Shown here one piece after another: positions 19,106 to 27,217 of a stretch of DNA of 64,000 bases; within the stretch, counting starts at the first letter, position 1; every line of letters begins with the position of its first letter. The stretch lies in the NCBI GenBank assembly GCA_007130885.1, contig SLRQ01000020.1:20236-84235 (forward strand), in the 5' to 3' direction. A program made the position numbers and the translations under genes. Source of the DNA: Deltaproteobacteria bacterium. Lineage in GTDB: Bacteria; Myxococcota; Myxococcia; SLRQ01. The notes beneath the pieces are model-generated. The model ran no database searches. It saw only the letters and a list, made by a program, of their open reading frames with translations, and was not told the origin of the DNA.

Positions 19106-20634
19106 TGTCACGACCTCGGATCGACGACCTAGCTTTGCCTTTGGTGCTGGTAGCGTTGACTGTTTTCGCTGCCTGGGTGTTGCCGGCCACTCTAATGGTG
19201 TTGGTGCTGCCGTTGCTCCTTTTCGCTGCCGTGTGGTCGGCGTGGCGGTCGTTTAGAACAGGAGTCGGGGCCGTCCTATTTCTGGCCCTTTTGGCGGATA
19301 ACCCGCAGTCCCGGCCAATGGAAGGCCAGTGGGAATCTCCGCTGTATCCGGCAGGGGAGCTACTATATACCAACTTGCATTTACTTATCGGAATCGAGGC
19401 TTTTAGGTTTTCCTTGCTGGAGGTCTTGGTTCTAGGCTTTGTTCTTATTGCTCTGATGAAGCGCTCCGCCGGCGGTGGAGCGGGCACTCTCTCGAAAGGC
19501 GGAAAAACGCTTGCTGCCGCACTCGGCATCGCTTTCATCGCGGTGATTGTGCTCGAAGGGTGGGGTCTTGTCCGCGGAGGTGATTTTCGGCAGTCACTTT
19601 GGCAGATACGTCAGATTCTTTGGTTGCCTGCCCTAGCTTGGCTCTGCATCCATGCCTTCCGGCGGCGGGGAGACATCTGGTTCCTGTCCGGGATAATCAT
19701 GATTGCTGGAGTGCTGCGTGCGTTTACAGGCTTCGCATACTACGCGATGAGTCGGGCCGACGGCCATTTCCCCACCTATGTCACGTCCCACTCCGATTCG
19801 GTGCTCTGGCTTGTGGGTGTTGCGACGTGCCTCCTGTATTTGATGGAACGACCAAGCCAGAGGGCTTGGATTCTGTGTGCCGCCTACATCCCAGTTGCCA
19901 GCCTGGCCATGCTCTTGAACGAAAGACGGTTGGCATTTGTTTGTCTGGGTGCTGCCTTCCTGGTCGTCCTCTTCGTTGTGCGAACCCAGGTATTGAGGAG
20001 GCTGCGCCGGACAGCGCTCATAGCCAGCCCGGTGTTGATCGTTTACATCTTCGCCGGCTGGAACATCGACCACCGAGTCTTTGCGCCGGTCCGGACATTC
20101 CAATCGCTGCTGGACGAAAGCGATGCTTCTAATCACAGCAGGCACGTAGAAAACTTCAACCTTGTCTATACACTGCTGGAAAGCCCTTTGGTCGGACACG
20201 GGTTCGGCCATCCCTACTCGGAGCATATTGAGACGTATCGTATTGACCACGTCTTCGAGCAGTACCTCTATATGCCTCACAACAGTGTGCTTTGGATGCT
20301 GGCGGCGGGAGGGATCATTGGTTTTCTGGCTCTCTGGGCATTCATTCCGCTGGTTATTTGGCTGGCGGCGAAATGCTACCGAAATGCTGTAGCGCCTACA
20401 GAAAGAGTAGCAGCGCTCACATCCATTTCGGTTGTCGTTGCATACTTGATACAGGCTTGGGGAGATATCGGAGCTCATAGCTGGATGGTGACGCTCATAC
20501 TTGCGGCCTATGTGGGGATTGTAGGGAATCTCGATAGGCATGTTCATGCGCGGCAATTTCACACGCCCGATGTCGACGGAGCGCCGCGCAAGAATAGCGA
20601 TGCCATGGATGTGGCGGAGGGAGTGGCATGTTGA
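19105..20634 (+). CDS. wzy: Wzy-type polysaccharide polymerase (O-antigen ligase-like family)
   Basis: About 11 TMs; periplasmic loop with GHGFG and HNSVLWML..GGIIG; position within the Wzx/Wzy locus. Confidence 0.8.
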   Translation: MSRPRIDDLALPLVLVALTVFAAWVLPATLMVLVLPLLLFAAVWSAWRSFRTGVGAVLFLALLADNPQSRPMEGQWESPLYPAGELLYTNLHLLIGIEAFRFSLLEVLVLGFVLIALMKRSAGGGAGTLSKGGKTLAAALGIAFIAVIVLEGWGLVRGGDFRQSLWQIRQILWLPALAWLCIHAFRRRGDIWFLSGIIMIAGVLRAFTGFAYYAMSRADGHFPTYVTSHSDSVLWLVGVATCLLYLMERPSQRAWILCAAYIPVASLAMLLNERRLAFVCLGAAFLVVLFVVRTQVLRRLRRTALIASPVLIVYIFAGWNIDHRVFAPVRTFQSLLDESDASNHSRHVENFNLVYTLLESPLVGHGFGHPYSEHIETYRIDHVFEQYLYMPHNSVLWMLAAGGIIGFLALWAFIPLVIWLAAKCYRNAVAPTERVAALTSISVVVAYLIQAWGDIGAHSWMVTLILAAYVGIVGNLDRHVHARQFHTPDVDGAPRKNSDAMDVAEGVAC

Positions 20635-21857
20635 CGCTCTTTGAAAGCATGATGGTGGTAGCGGGATTCATAGTCTTGGCGGCGTGCGGCTACCTTGCAC
20701 TGCTCGCGGTGATGGCAAGGCGCCACAAACATTCCCCGGATCCCTGCCGGTTTTCGCTAGATCATGAACGTTTATATTGCGAAACATCCTTCGATATTAT
20801 CGTGCCCGCCCATGAAGAGGCGGACAACATCGGTGCCACCATAGACAGCCTAATTAGAATAGACTATCCAAAAGAGAAACGCCGCATAATCGTCATCGCC
20901 GACAATTGTTCAGATAATACGGCGTCGGTAGCCGAAGGCCATGGAGCTATCGTGTGGGAGCGGCGTAATCCCAGGAAGCGAGGAAAGGGTTTTGCTCTTA
21001 CCTGGGCATTTGAAAAAAGCCTCTCGGACAATATTGCCGATGCCGTTGTAGTGATCGACGCGGATACCCTCGTAAGCCCAAACCTTCTTCGTGCATTTGC
21101 GGCCCGTATAGCTGGGGGTGCCAGGGCAATGCAGGCGGAGTATGGTGTTCGAAATCCGGATGATTCCTGGCGTACTGTTTTGATGACGCTGGCGTTGGCT
21201 CTATTTCACAAGGTTCGTTCCCTGGGACGCGAGCGACTTGGGCTGTCAGCCGGACTTCGGGGCAACGGCATGTGCTTCACTTCTGATTTGCTTATACAAT
21301 GTCCTCATCAAGCGTTCTCCGTGGTCGAGGATTTAGAGCACGGATTGAACCTGGGAGAACAAGAAGTAAGGGTTCACTATGTTGCGGAAGCCGAGGTTCT
21401 CGGTGAAATGCCCGCCGGCGATCAGGCTTCCCGGGTGCAGCGAGCAAGATGGGAGGCCGGTAGAATCGTATTGGCCCGTGAGCGTTTTGTTGGTCTGTTT
21501 GTTGAGGCCGTTCGTAGGAGAAGCGCGCTTATGTTGGATCTTGCGGTGGACCTGATTCTCCCCCCTCTTTCGACGCTCGGTGGGTGGGCTGCATGCGGTC
21601 TAATAGGAAGCGTGACCCTGTCACTTATCGCAGGCAGTCCGGGTATTTACCTTTGGCTGTTCACCGCGGCCTGCATTCTTCTACTTTTGCATTTGATAAG
21701 AGGGCTGATGTTGTCGGGTATGGGATGGAAGGGAGTACAGGTATTTATGTGGGCGCCTGTCTATCTGTTTTGGCGTTTGTTCAAGGTTACCGGGCACCGC
21801 AGGCGAGCCTCGAGTGAGTGGGAGCGCACTCCCCGAAAGAAGAGGGTGGCCGGATGA
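20628..21857 (+). CDS. GT2 glycosyltransferase with TM helices
   Basis: IIVPAHEE, IADNCSD, GKGFAL, IDADT, EDLE, QRARW. Confidence 0.9.
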   Translation: MLTLFESMMVVAGFIVLAACGYLALLAVMARRHKHSPDPCRFSLDHERLYCETSFDIIVPAHEEADNIGATIDSLIRIDYPKEKRRIIVIADNCSDNTASVAEGHGAIVWERRNPRKRGKGFALTWAFEKSLSDNIADAVVVIDADTLVSPNLLRAFAARIAGGARAMQAEYGVRNPDDSWRTVLMTLALALFHKVRSLGRERLGLSAGLRGNGMCFTSDLLIQCPHQAFSVVEDLEHGLNLGEQEVRVHYVAEAEVLGEMPAGDQASRVQRARWEAGRIVLARERFVGLFVEAVRRRSALMLDLAVDLILPPLSTLGGWAACGLIGSVTLSLIAGSPGIYLWLFTAACILLLLHLIRGLMLSGMGWKGVQVFMWAPVYLFWRLFKVTGHRRRASSEWERTPRKKRVAG

Positions 21858-22417
21858 TGGGAGAGATTTGGCGGGACCTCAATTCTCTGGCCGAGGCGGT
21901 GGCTGGTCAGCCGCTTTCTTGCAGGCGAAAACGCGCCGCTCTCATGGCTAGGGTGCTTGCGAACGATTCCTTTGCTGTTCTGGTGATTTGGCGAGCCAGA
22001 AGAAAGGCGGCGAGGTTGCGGCTGCCTATTGTTGGCTCGATGCTTCGTCGGGTGCAGACAACTTTGTTCGGAGTGGAGATAGATCAACGGGCTCATCTGG
22101 GTGAGGGTGTTTGGATGGTTCACCCCGTCGGCACTGTTGTGGGTGGTGATTCGGAGGTCGGAGATCGAGTTCGTTTGATGGGAGGAAACACCGTTGGCAC
22201 CAATACCGACGACGGCTATCCCAGAATAGAAAAAGACGTAGTCGTTGGAGTAGGGGCCAAAATACTTGGGCCGGTGCGTGTAGGCGCGGGTGCCCGAATC
22301 GGCGCGGGTGCGGTGGTGCTCTCGAATGTTCCGCCGGGCGCCCTTGCCCTTGGAATGCCGGCGAGGATCAGGCCGGGACGATACAAGATAACAAGATCGA
22401 AGGGAGTTGAATCATGA
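21854..22417 (+). CDS. Hexapeptide-repeat (LbH) O-acetyltransferase, serine-acetyltransferase-like
   Basis: FGVEIDQRAHLGEG..MVHPVGTVVG, YPRIEKDVVVGVGAKILGPVRVG, VPPGALALGMPAR; ATGA overlap. Confidence 0.85.
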   Translation: MMGEIWRDLNSLAEAVAGQPLSCRRKRAALMARVLANDSFAVLVIWRARRKAARLRLPIVGSMLRRVQTTLFGVEIDQRAHLGEGVWMVHPVGTVVGGDSEVGDRVRLMGGNTVGTNTDDGYPRIEKDVVVGVGAKILGPVRVGAGARIGAGAVVLSNVPPGALALGMPARIRPGRYKITRSKGVES

Positions 22418-23139
22418 CGACACTGTTGGGAGGTGAAAATCGCCGAAGCCGAGGTAATCAGGTCCGAAAGGGCCGGCAGCTTGGCGGATATGTCGTTCTG
22501 GACTCTGAAGACGGGGCAAGAGCATTGCAGCCCGTTTGGTTCGAGCTTCGGGAGCGGAAGTGGAATACCTTGGCTGTGGTTCCCGTCGGTCCCGGGCAGG
22601 CCACGGCGGAGGTAGCGAAAGGAATAGCCGATGTGGCAAGGAGCTTTGAGGGCCTCGAGATCGAGGTCTGGGATGCCGCCGGCGCCTCGATTGAGGAAGT
22701 GCGTGGTGTGCTAAGAGAGATCGAATCGAAGGCCCCGGGAAAGCAAAGAGTGATTATTGCGCTTGACTCACCGGAGATTGAGCCATCGACATTGCCGCTT
22801 TGCCGCGCCGCGGATGCCGCTGTTTTGCTCGTAACGCTCGAGCATTCCACCATGCGGGACGCTAGGACAGTGGTCAGCAAGGTAGGCGAAGACAAGTTCG
22901 TCGGTGGAGTCACTCTGCGTCTTTCAAAGGGCAGGCGGCCCAGGGCTCGACGGGGAGTTCCTAGTTCAACAGGTGCGAGACGTTCAGCAACCGGCACTAG
23001 AGTTTCCGCCGGTTCACATGCAGCCGGGAGCCCGGTGAAAGCAGGTAGCCGGACCACGTCGGCAGCTGTGACGTCCGGCGCCAAAGCTGCTGCCGTCCCA
23101 AGAACGAATGGCGGTTCAAAGCAAGGAGAGCCCGCGTGA
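22414..23139 (+). CDS. Stand-alone BY-kinase-like pseudokinase (Wze-like) with a basic low-complexity tail
   Basis: BY-kinase layout with degenerate Walker A (VPVGPGQAT), IALDSP, ADAAVLLV, FVGGV; R/S/A-rich tail. Confidence 0.6.
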   Translation: MTTLLGGENRRSRGNQVRKGRQLGGYVVLDSEDGARALQPVWFELRERKWNTLAVVPVGPGQATAEVAKGIADVARSFEGLEIEVWDAAGASIEEVRGVLREIESKAPGKQRVIIALDSPEIEPSTLPLCRAADAAVLLVTLEHSTMRDARTVVSKVGEDKFVGGVTLRLSKGRRPRARRGVPSSTGARRSATGTRVSAGSHAAGSPVKAGSRTTSAAVTSGAKAAAVPRTNGGSKQGEPA

Positions 23140-24881
23140 CTGAGGCGCTTCGCTTGAGCGTGGTAGTGGCTACCTATGAACGGCCCTCGGCAGTCCGGCG
23201 CTTGCTGGCTCAGCTTACAGCTCAGTCGCTGCGGCCCGAGACCTACGAGATCGTTGTCGTGGATGACGGTTCCACCATGCCGGTGGACGACTATCTTTCC
23301 GATTTGCGACCGAGATACGGAAAACTGACTGTCGCCAGACGCGAGAATGGTGGTGCCGCCGCGGCTCGTGATGAAGGTGTCCGGCTCGCCGGAGGAGATA
23401 TACTATTGATGCTGGACGACGACATGCAGGTGGGGCCTCGGTTCTTGGAGGCTCACCTAGCTCATCATCGTGGTGAAGAGCACATGGTGGTACTTGGCCG
23501 TATCCGTCCAGACCACGCGCTACCGCAAATGCCTATTTTCGAACGTTTCCACGCCGCGCAGCTTGCCGGGTTGCAACAGGCACTCGAAATGGGTGTGGAA
23601 CGACCGCGAGGCCGGCATCTCTACACGGGAAATGTCTCCATGCGGCGGCGAGACTATCTTGCAGTCGGCGGCTTCGACCACACATTGAAACGCTCGGAGG
23701 ATCGAGAGCTGGGCCTTCGTCTGGAGGCATACGGAGCAAAGTTCACGTATGCCTTCGGTGAAGCCGATTCTATTCATAGTTCGGATCATACAGACGGTTC
23801 GGCTTGGTTGGAGAGGGCCTGGCAGTATGGAATCAACGAAGTTCGTGTGGCTAGGAAGCACCCTTCAACAGTCGATGCGGACCCTTGGAGCTTCATGCGG
23901 GTAGTTTCTCCCTTGGCCAGACCGTTTTATTCTATTTCGGCGTTGGAGCCATCACTCGGTCGAGGAGCCGGACGCTTGGCTCTAAAGGGTTCCGAGATTG
24001 TGGATGGTGTTGGGGTAGAGAAAGCGGCGCTCACTTTGGCTACCTTGGCATATGGCATGACGTACTTCGGTGGGGTCGGATCCGAGAGCGGAGGCCCGGC
24101 AGGCGTCATGAAGGGGCTGGCTCGTGAGGTATGCCGGACAAGATTGTCCACGCTCCCAAGATGGTTGGAGAAGGTTCGCGCGGATCACGAACAGGTCCGG
24201 CGTTATCGGTTGCGGTACGCGGACGAAAAGATCTCTCAAGACCAGATGAGCAGGCACCTTGTGGAAAAGATAGGCTTTCAGATGATGGCTTTGGTTCGGC
24301 TCATGCAGGTGCTGCGGGAGGATGGGAGCACGGGCCCGGCGAAGACGGTTTCGCGCCTGATAAGGCATCTGTACTCTGCCGATGTACATTGGGATGCCCA
24401 CATCGAGCCGGGAGTGGTCGTAGTACATGGGATGGGGCAATGCATAAGTCCGGGAGCACGAATCGGCTCCGGCTGCATTTTGTTTCAGAATGTAACCCTT
24501 GGAGAAGGGGCTGACCCGGTTAGTCGTCTCGTGGGTTCGCCGGTCATCGAAAAGGACGTACATGTAGGACCGGGAGCCACGATAATCGGTCCGGTCACGG
24601 TGGGAGCCGGAAGCAAGGTCATGGCTGGGGCTGTTGTGACCGGCTCCGTACCCGCGGGCTCCTTGGTCAAGGCCGGCGATGTCAGTATTCAACCCAGGCC
24701 GGTGCGCGGAGCCTTCTCCGGAAATGCCTCGGACGACCGAAAGTGTTCGAGGTCGCGGGTTCGAAAAGACGAGCCGTCTTCAGGGTGCGGAAGTTGCGAT
24801 TGTTCCTCGAAGGAATCCCGTTCAAACCCACTCACTCTCGGGCAGCCCCACTCTTGCCCCAGCTCATGTGGAAGCGATTAG
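23136..24881 (+). CDS. GT2 glycosyltransferase fused to an LbH O-acetyltransferase
   Basis: N-terminal VVVATYER, VVDDGS, LDDDM, GGFD...SEDRELG; C-terminal VHGMGQCISPGARIGSGCILFQNVTLG...PVIEKDVHVGPGA; one ORF. Confidence 0.85.
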   Translation: MTEALRLSVVVATYERPSAVRRLLAQLTAQSLRPETYEIVVVDDGSTMPVDDYLSDLRPRYGKLTVARRENGGAAAARDEGVRLAGGDILLMLDDDMQVGPRFLEAHLAHHRGEEHMVVLGRIRPDHALPQMPIFERFHAAQLAGLQQALEMGVERPRGRHLYTGNVSMRRRDYLAVGGFDHTLKRSEDRELGLRLEAYGAKFTYAFGEADSIHSSDHTDGSAWLERAWQYGINEVRVARKHPSTVDADPWSFMRVVSPLARPFYSISALEPSLGRGAGRLALKGSEIVDGVGVEKAALTLATLAYGMTYFGGVGSESGGPAGVMKGLAREVCRTRLSTLPRWLEKVRADHEQVRRYRLRYADEKISQDQMSRHLVEKIGFQMMALVRLMQVLREDGSTGPAKTVSRLIRHLYSADVHWDAHIEPGVVVVHGMGQCISPGARIGSGCILFQNVTLGEGADPVSRLVGSPVIEKDVHVGPGATIIGPVTVGAGSKVMAGAVVTGSVPAGSLVKAGDVSIQPRPVRGAFSGNASDDRKCSRSRVRKDEPSSGCGSCDCSSKESRSNPLTLGQPHSCPSSCGSD

Positions 24882-24892
24882 CGGGGTGCAAA

Positions 24893-25849
24893 ATGAGCAT
24901 GCGTTTTTTCGGCTCTGACGAGTTTCTGGAAACGTTGGGCGAGGTTCGTTTTCCGGGCCGTCCCACCTCGGTTATGCATGCGGAAGTAGAAACCGAGGGC
25001 TTTCGCCTGCTTGGTGTGGGCCGAGGGTCCAGGCCCGTTAAAGACGCTCCGTTTCTGGACTTTCATTCGCCTCTCACGCCCACAAAATCACCCTCGAAGA
25101 CAGTTCGCATTGGATGGCTTCCTAGCGTGGAGCGTGGGGTCCTGGATAGGCGCCGCTGGCAGGAGGAGCGGGCCTCATCGCATCTGGCCGCCGCGCCCAT
25201 GGTCGACTGGACTATCTTCTCTGAGGAGGCGGAGTTCATTCGGCATGTCAAGACATCTCGAAAGAACCTGTTTCAGGACAGTCGTCGCAGGATGAGAAGG
25301 CTCGAGCAGGATCACGGACCTGTAAAGATGGAGTTTGCCGCGGATCCAGGTGGCCTCTTGGAGTCCTGCATACAGTGGAAGTCAAGGCAGTACATAGCCT
25401 CCGGTCTTCCGGATCTGTTCTCGAGTGAAAAAAATGTGTCCTTGTTCCGCAGGCTCGCCGAAAAAGGCGTGCTCGTTGTCTCCGCCTTGTTTTCCGGGGA
25501 GCGTTTGGCCGCGGTCCATATGGGCGTGGTTCATGATGGAAGATTCTTGTACTGGGTGCCTGCTTACGACCCAGGGCTCGCAGGCTATGCTCCCGGCCGT
25601 TTGCTGCTTCATTTCATGCTCGATGAGAGCATGAAGCGGCGTCATAAGAGCTTCGAGTTTCTGCTTGGAGACGAAGATTATAAGCTCCACTATGCCACGC
25701 ATGTGCGCTTGATCGGTCATGCGGGAACGCCGCCTGTCTTCCTGCCGGCTTGGCGACGGGCTCGTGCCGGTATCTCATCTCTTGCGCGCGGCCTTCCACC
25801 CGTGCACCGAGCCGCTCGCACCGTCCGCAACAGGCTGGTCGTCCGCTGA
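24893..25849 (+). CDS. GNAT-fold acyltransferase (CelD/BcsL, Acetyltransf_6-like)
   Basis: RRMRRLEQDHG, LAAVHMG, YWVPAYDP....YAPGRLLL, FEFLLGDEDYK. Confidence 0.85.
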   Translation: MSMRFFGSDEFLETLGEVRFPGRPTSVMHAEVETEGFRLLGVGRGSRPVKDAPFLDFHSPLTPTKSPSKTVRIGWLPSVERGVLDRRRWQEERASSHLAAAPMVDWTIFSEEAEFIRHVKTSRKNLFQDSRRRMRRLEQDHGPVKMEFAADPGGLLESCIQWKSRQYIASGLPDLFSSEKNVSLFRRLAEKGVLVVSALFSGERLAAVHMGVVHDGRFLYWVPAYDPGLAGYAPGRLLLHFMLDESMKRRHKSFEFLLGDEDYKLHYATHVRLIGHAGTPPVFLPAWRRARAGISSLARGLPPVHRAARTVRNRLVVR

Positions 25850-25876
25850 AGGTCAAGGGTGCTAAGGCTTGAAGAA

Positions 25877-25942
25877 GTGAAATCCGCCTGTCGCCTCCTT
25901 GGGAGACCACCATGTTCGAGGAGGCGTCGACGGGGATTTCAC
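25877..25942 (+). terminator. Long imperfect hairpin after the eps locus (terminator or RNA element)
   Basis: GTGAAATCC...GGATTTCAC outer stem and CGCCTCCT...AGGAGGCG inner stem; a GC hairpin and T-run follow near 26010-26040. Confidence 0.35.
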
Positions 25943-26142
25943 CTGGGAAGTGATTTTAGTGCTACCGAGCGCGAGCGCGCGGGGGGCTTGCGAGCGCGTA
26001 AAAGCGGCGGGCGGAAGAGCGGCTCGCGGCCGGTTTTTTGGTGCGATTTGGGTCCGGCCTTCTCGTATTGCGCTAAGCTCCCTCGTAATGTAGGAGGGTT
26101 CCGTAGGGGCAGGGCTAGGAAGGCTTACGAGGGAGACGAGTC

Positions 26143-27003
26143 ATGGATTTCCAATACGAAGATATATTTCAAAGAAACATCGGCGTGTTCACGCGGGAAG
26201 AGCAGGAGCGTATTCGGAAGGGAACCGTACTGGTTGCCGGATCCGGAGGGGTGGGGGCTCCGACAGCCATTGCCTTGTCAAGACTGGGTGTCGGAAAGAT
26301 TATCGTATCCGATATCGATACTTACGAGGCATCCAACATCAACAGACAGCTTCCCAGCACGATTAGTACAGTCGGTGAGAGCAAGGTCAAGGTGCTTGCC
26401 GATCACCTGCGATCGATACATCCCTACTCGGAGATTGTGGCAATAGAAGGGGGCATCAACCGGAGCAATGTGGATGAGCTCGTCGCAGCAAGCGATATAA
26501 TAGTCAGCTCCATAGACGGCTGCATGACCATGACGCTTCAAAAGGCCTGTAAGAAGAGCAAGAAGCTCAATATTACGGCGGCACTGTTGAAGGACAAAGT
26601 CATGTCTACGTCGTTTCCCTATGACGGAGTATCAATCAGCGATTTTTATTTATATGAAGTAGATGAAGACGATATGGAAGGGAGCGAAAAGAAGTACAAG
26701 GAGTTCATGAATGCGATGTTCAAGCGAGGCGACATCTTCGAAAGAGGATACGCTCCCACCACCAGCTCGGGGGTATTCATTGCAAGCGGCATTCTCAGCT
26801 ACCAGGTAGGGTTTTACTTGGCCAGGAACGAGGTGACGATTCCGTCGTTTCCAGCTCACATCGTGTTCGATCCGGGTACGATGACCTGCGAAGTGAAAAT
26901 GAAGATGCTGGAGTCGATGAGAAAGAGCAGTGTTTTCGGCGGTTTGTTTCATACTGTGTTCAACGCGATGGCCAACGGCAGGCTCAAAGGGCTTTCGTCA
27001 TGA
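26143..27003 (+). CDS. ThiF/MoeB/HesA-family adenylyltransferase
   Basis: FQRNIG, VLVAGSGGVG, SDIDTYEASNINRQ, GESKV; no CxxC zinc motifs. Confidence 0.85.
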   Translation: MDFQYEDIFQRNIGVFTREEQERIRKGTVLVAGSGGVGAPTAIALSRLGVGKIIVSDIDTYEASNINRQLPSTISTVGESKVKVLADHLRSIHPYSEIVAIEGGINRSNVDELVAASDIIVSSIDGCMTMTLQKACKKSKKLNITAALLKDKVMSTSFPYDGVSISDFYLYEVDEDDMEGSEKKYKEFMNAMFKRGDIFERGYAPTTSSGVFIASGILSYQVGFYLARNEVTIPSFPAHIVFDPGTMTCEVKMKMLESMRKSSVFGGLFHTVFNAMANGRLKGLSS

Positions 27004-27217
27004 ATCATCAGGGGGATCATACTACCTCGGGTCGAGCTTGAGAGATTTATGCCCATACCGCTGTGATCACTTCGTGATGTAACATGGCTCCTAGGACGAT
27101 TGAGTTGCGCTCGTCCCAAGACGCGACCGTTCGACGGTTGCCGGTGTCCAAAAAAATAGCTCCTTCTTCATTCCCCCGTGATCGGCGAAAGGAGCTACAT
27201 AAGGACAGGAGTCCCCC

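Noticed and set aside
24690-24881. CGSCDC in the tail of the GT2-LbH fusion as a metal-binding site
   Set aside because: It sits in a Ser-rich low-complexity tail after the LbH domain, with no supporting fold
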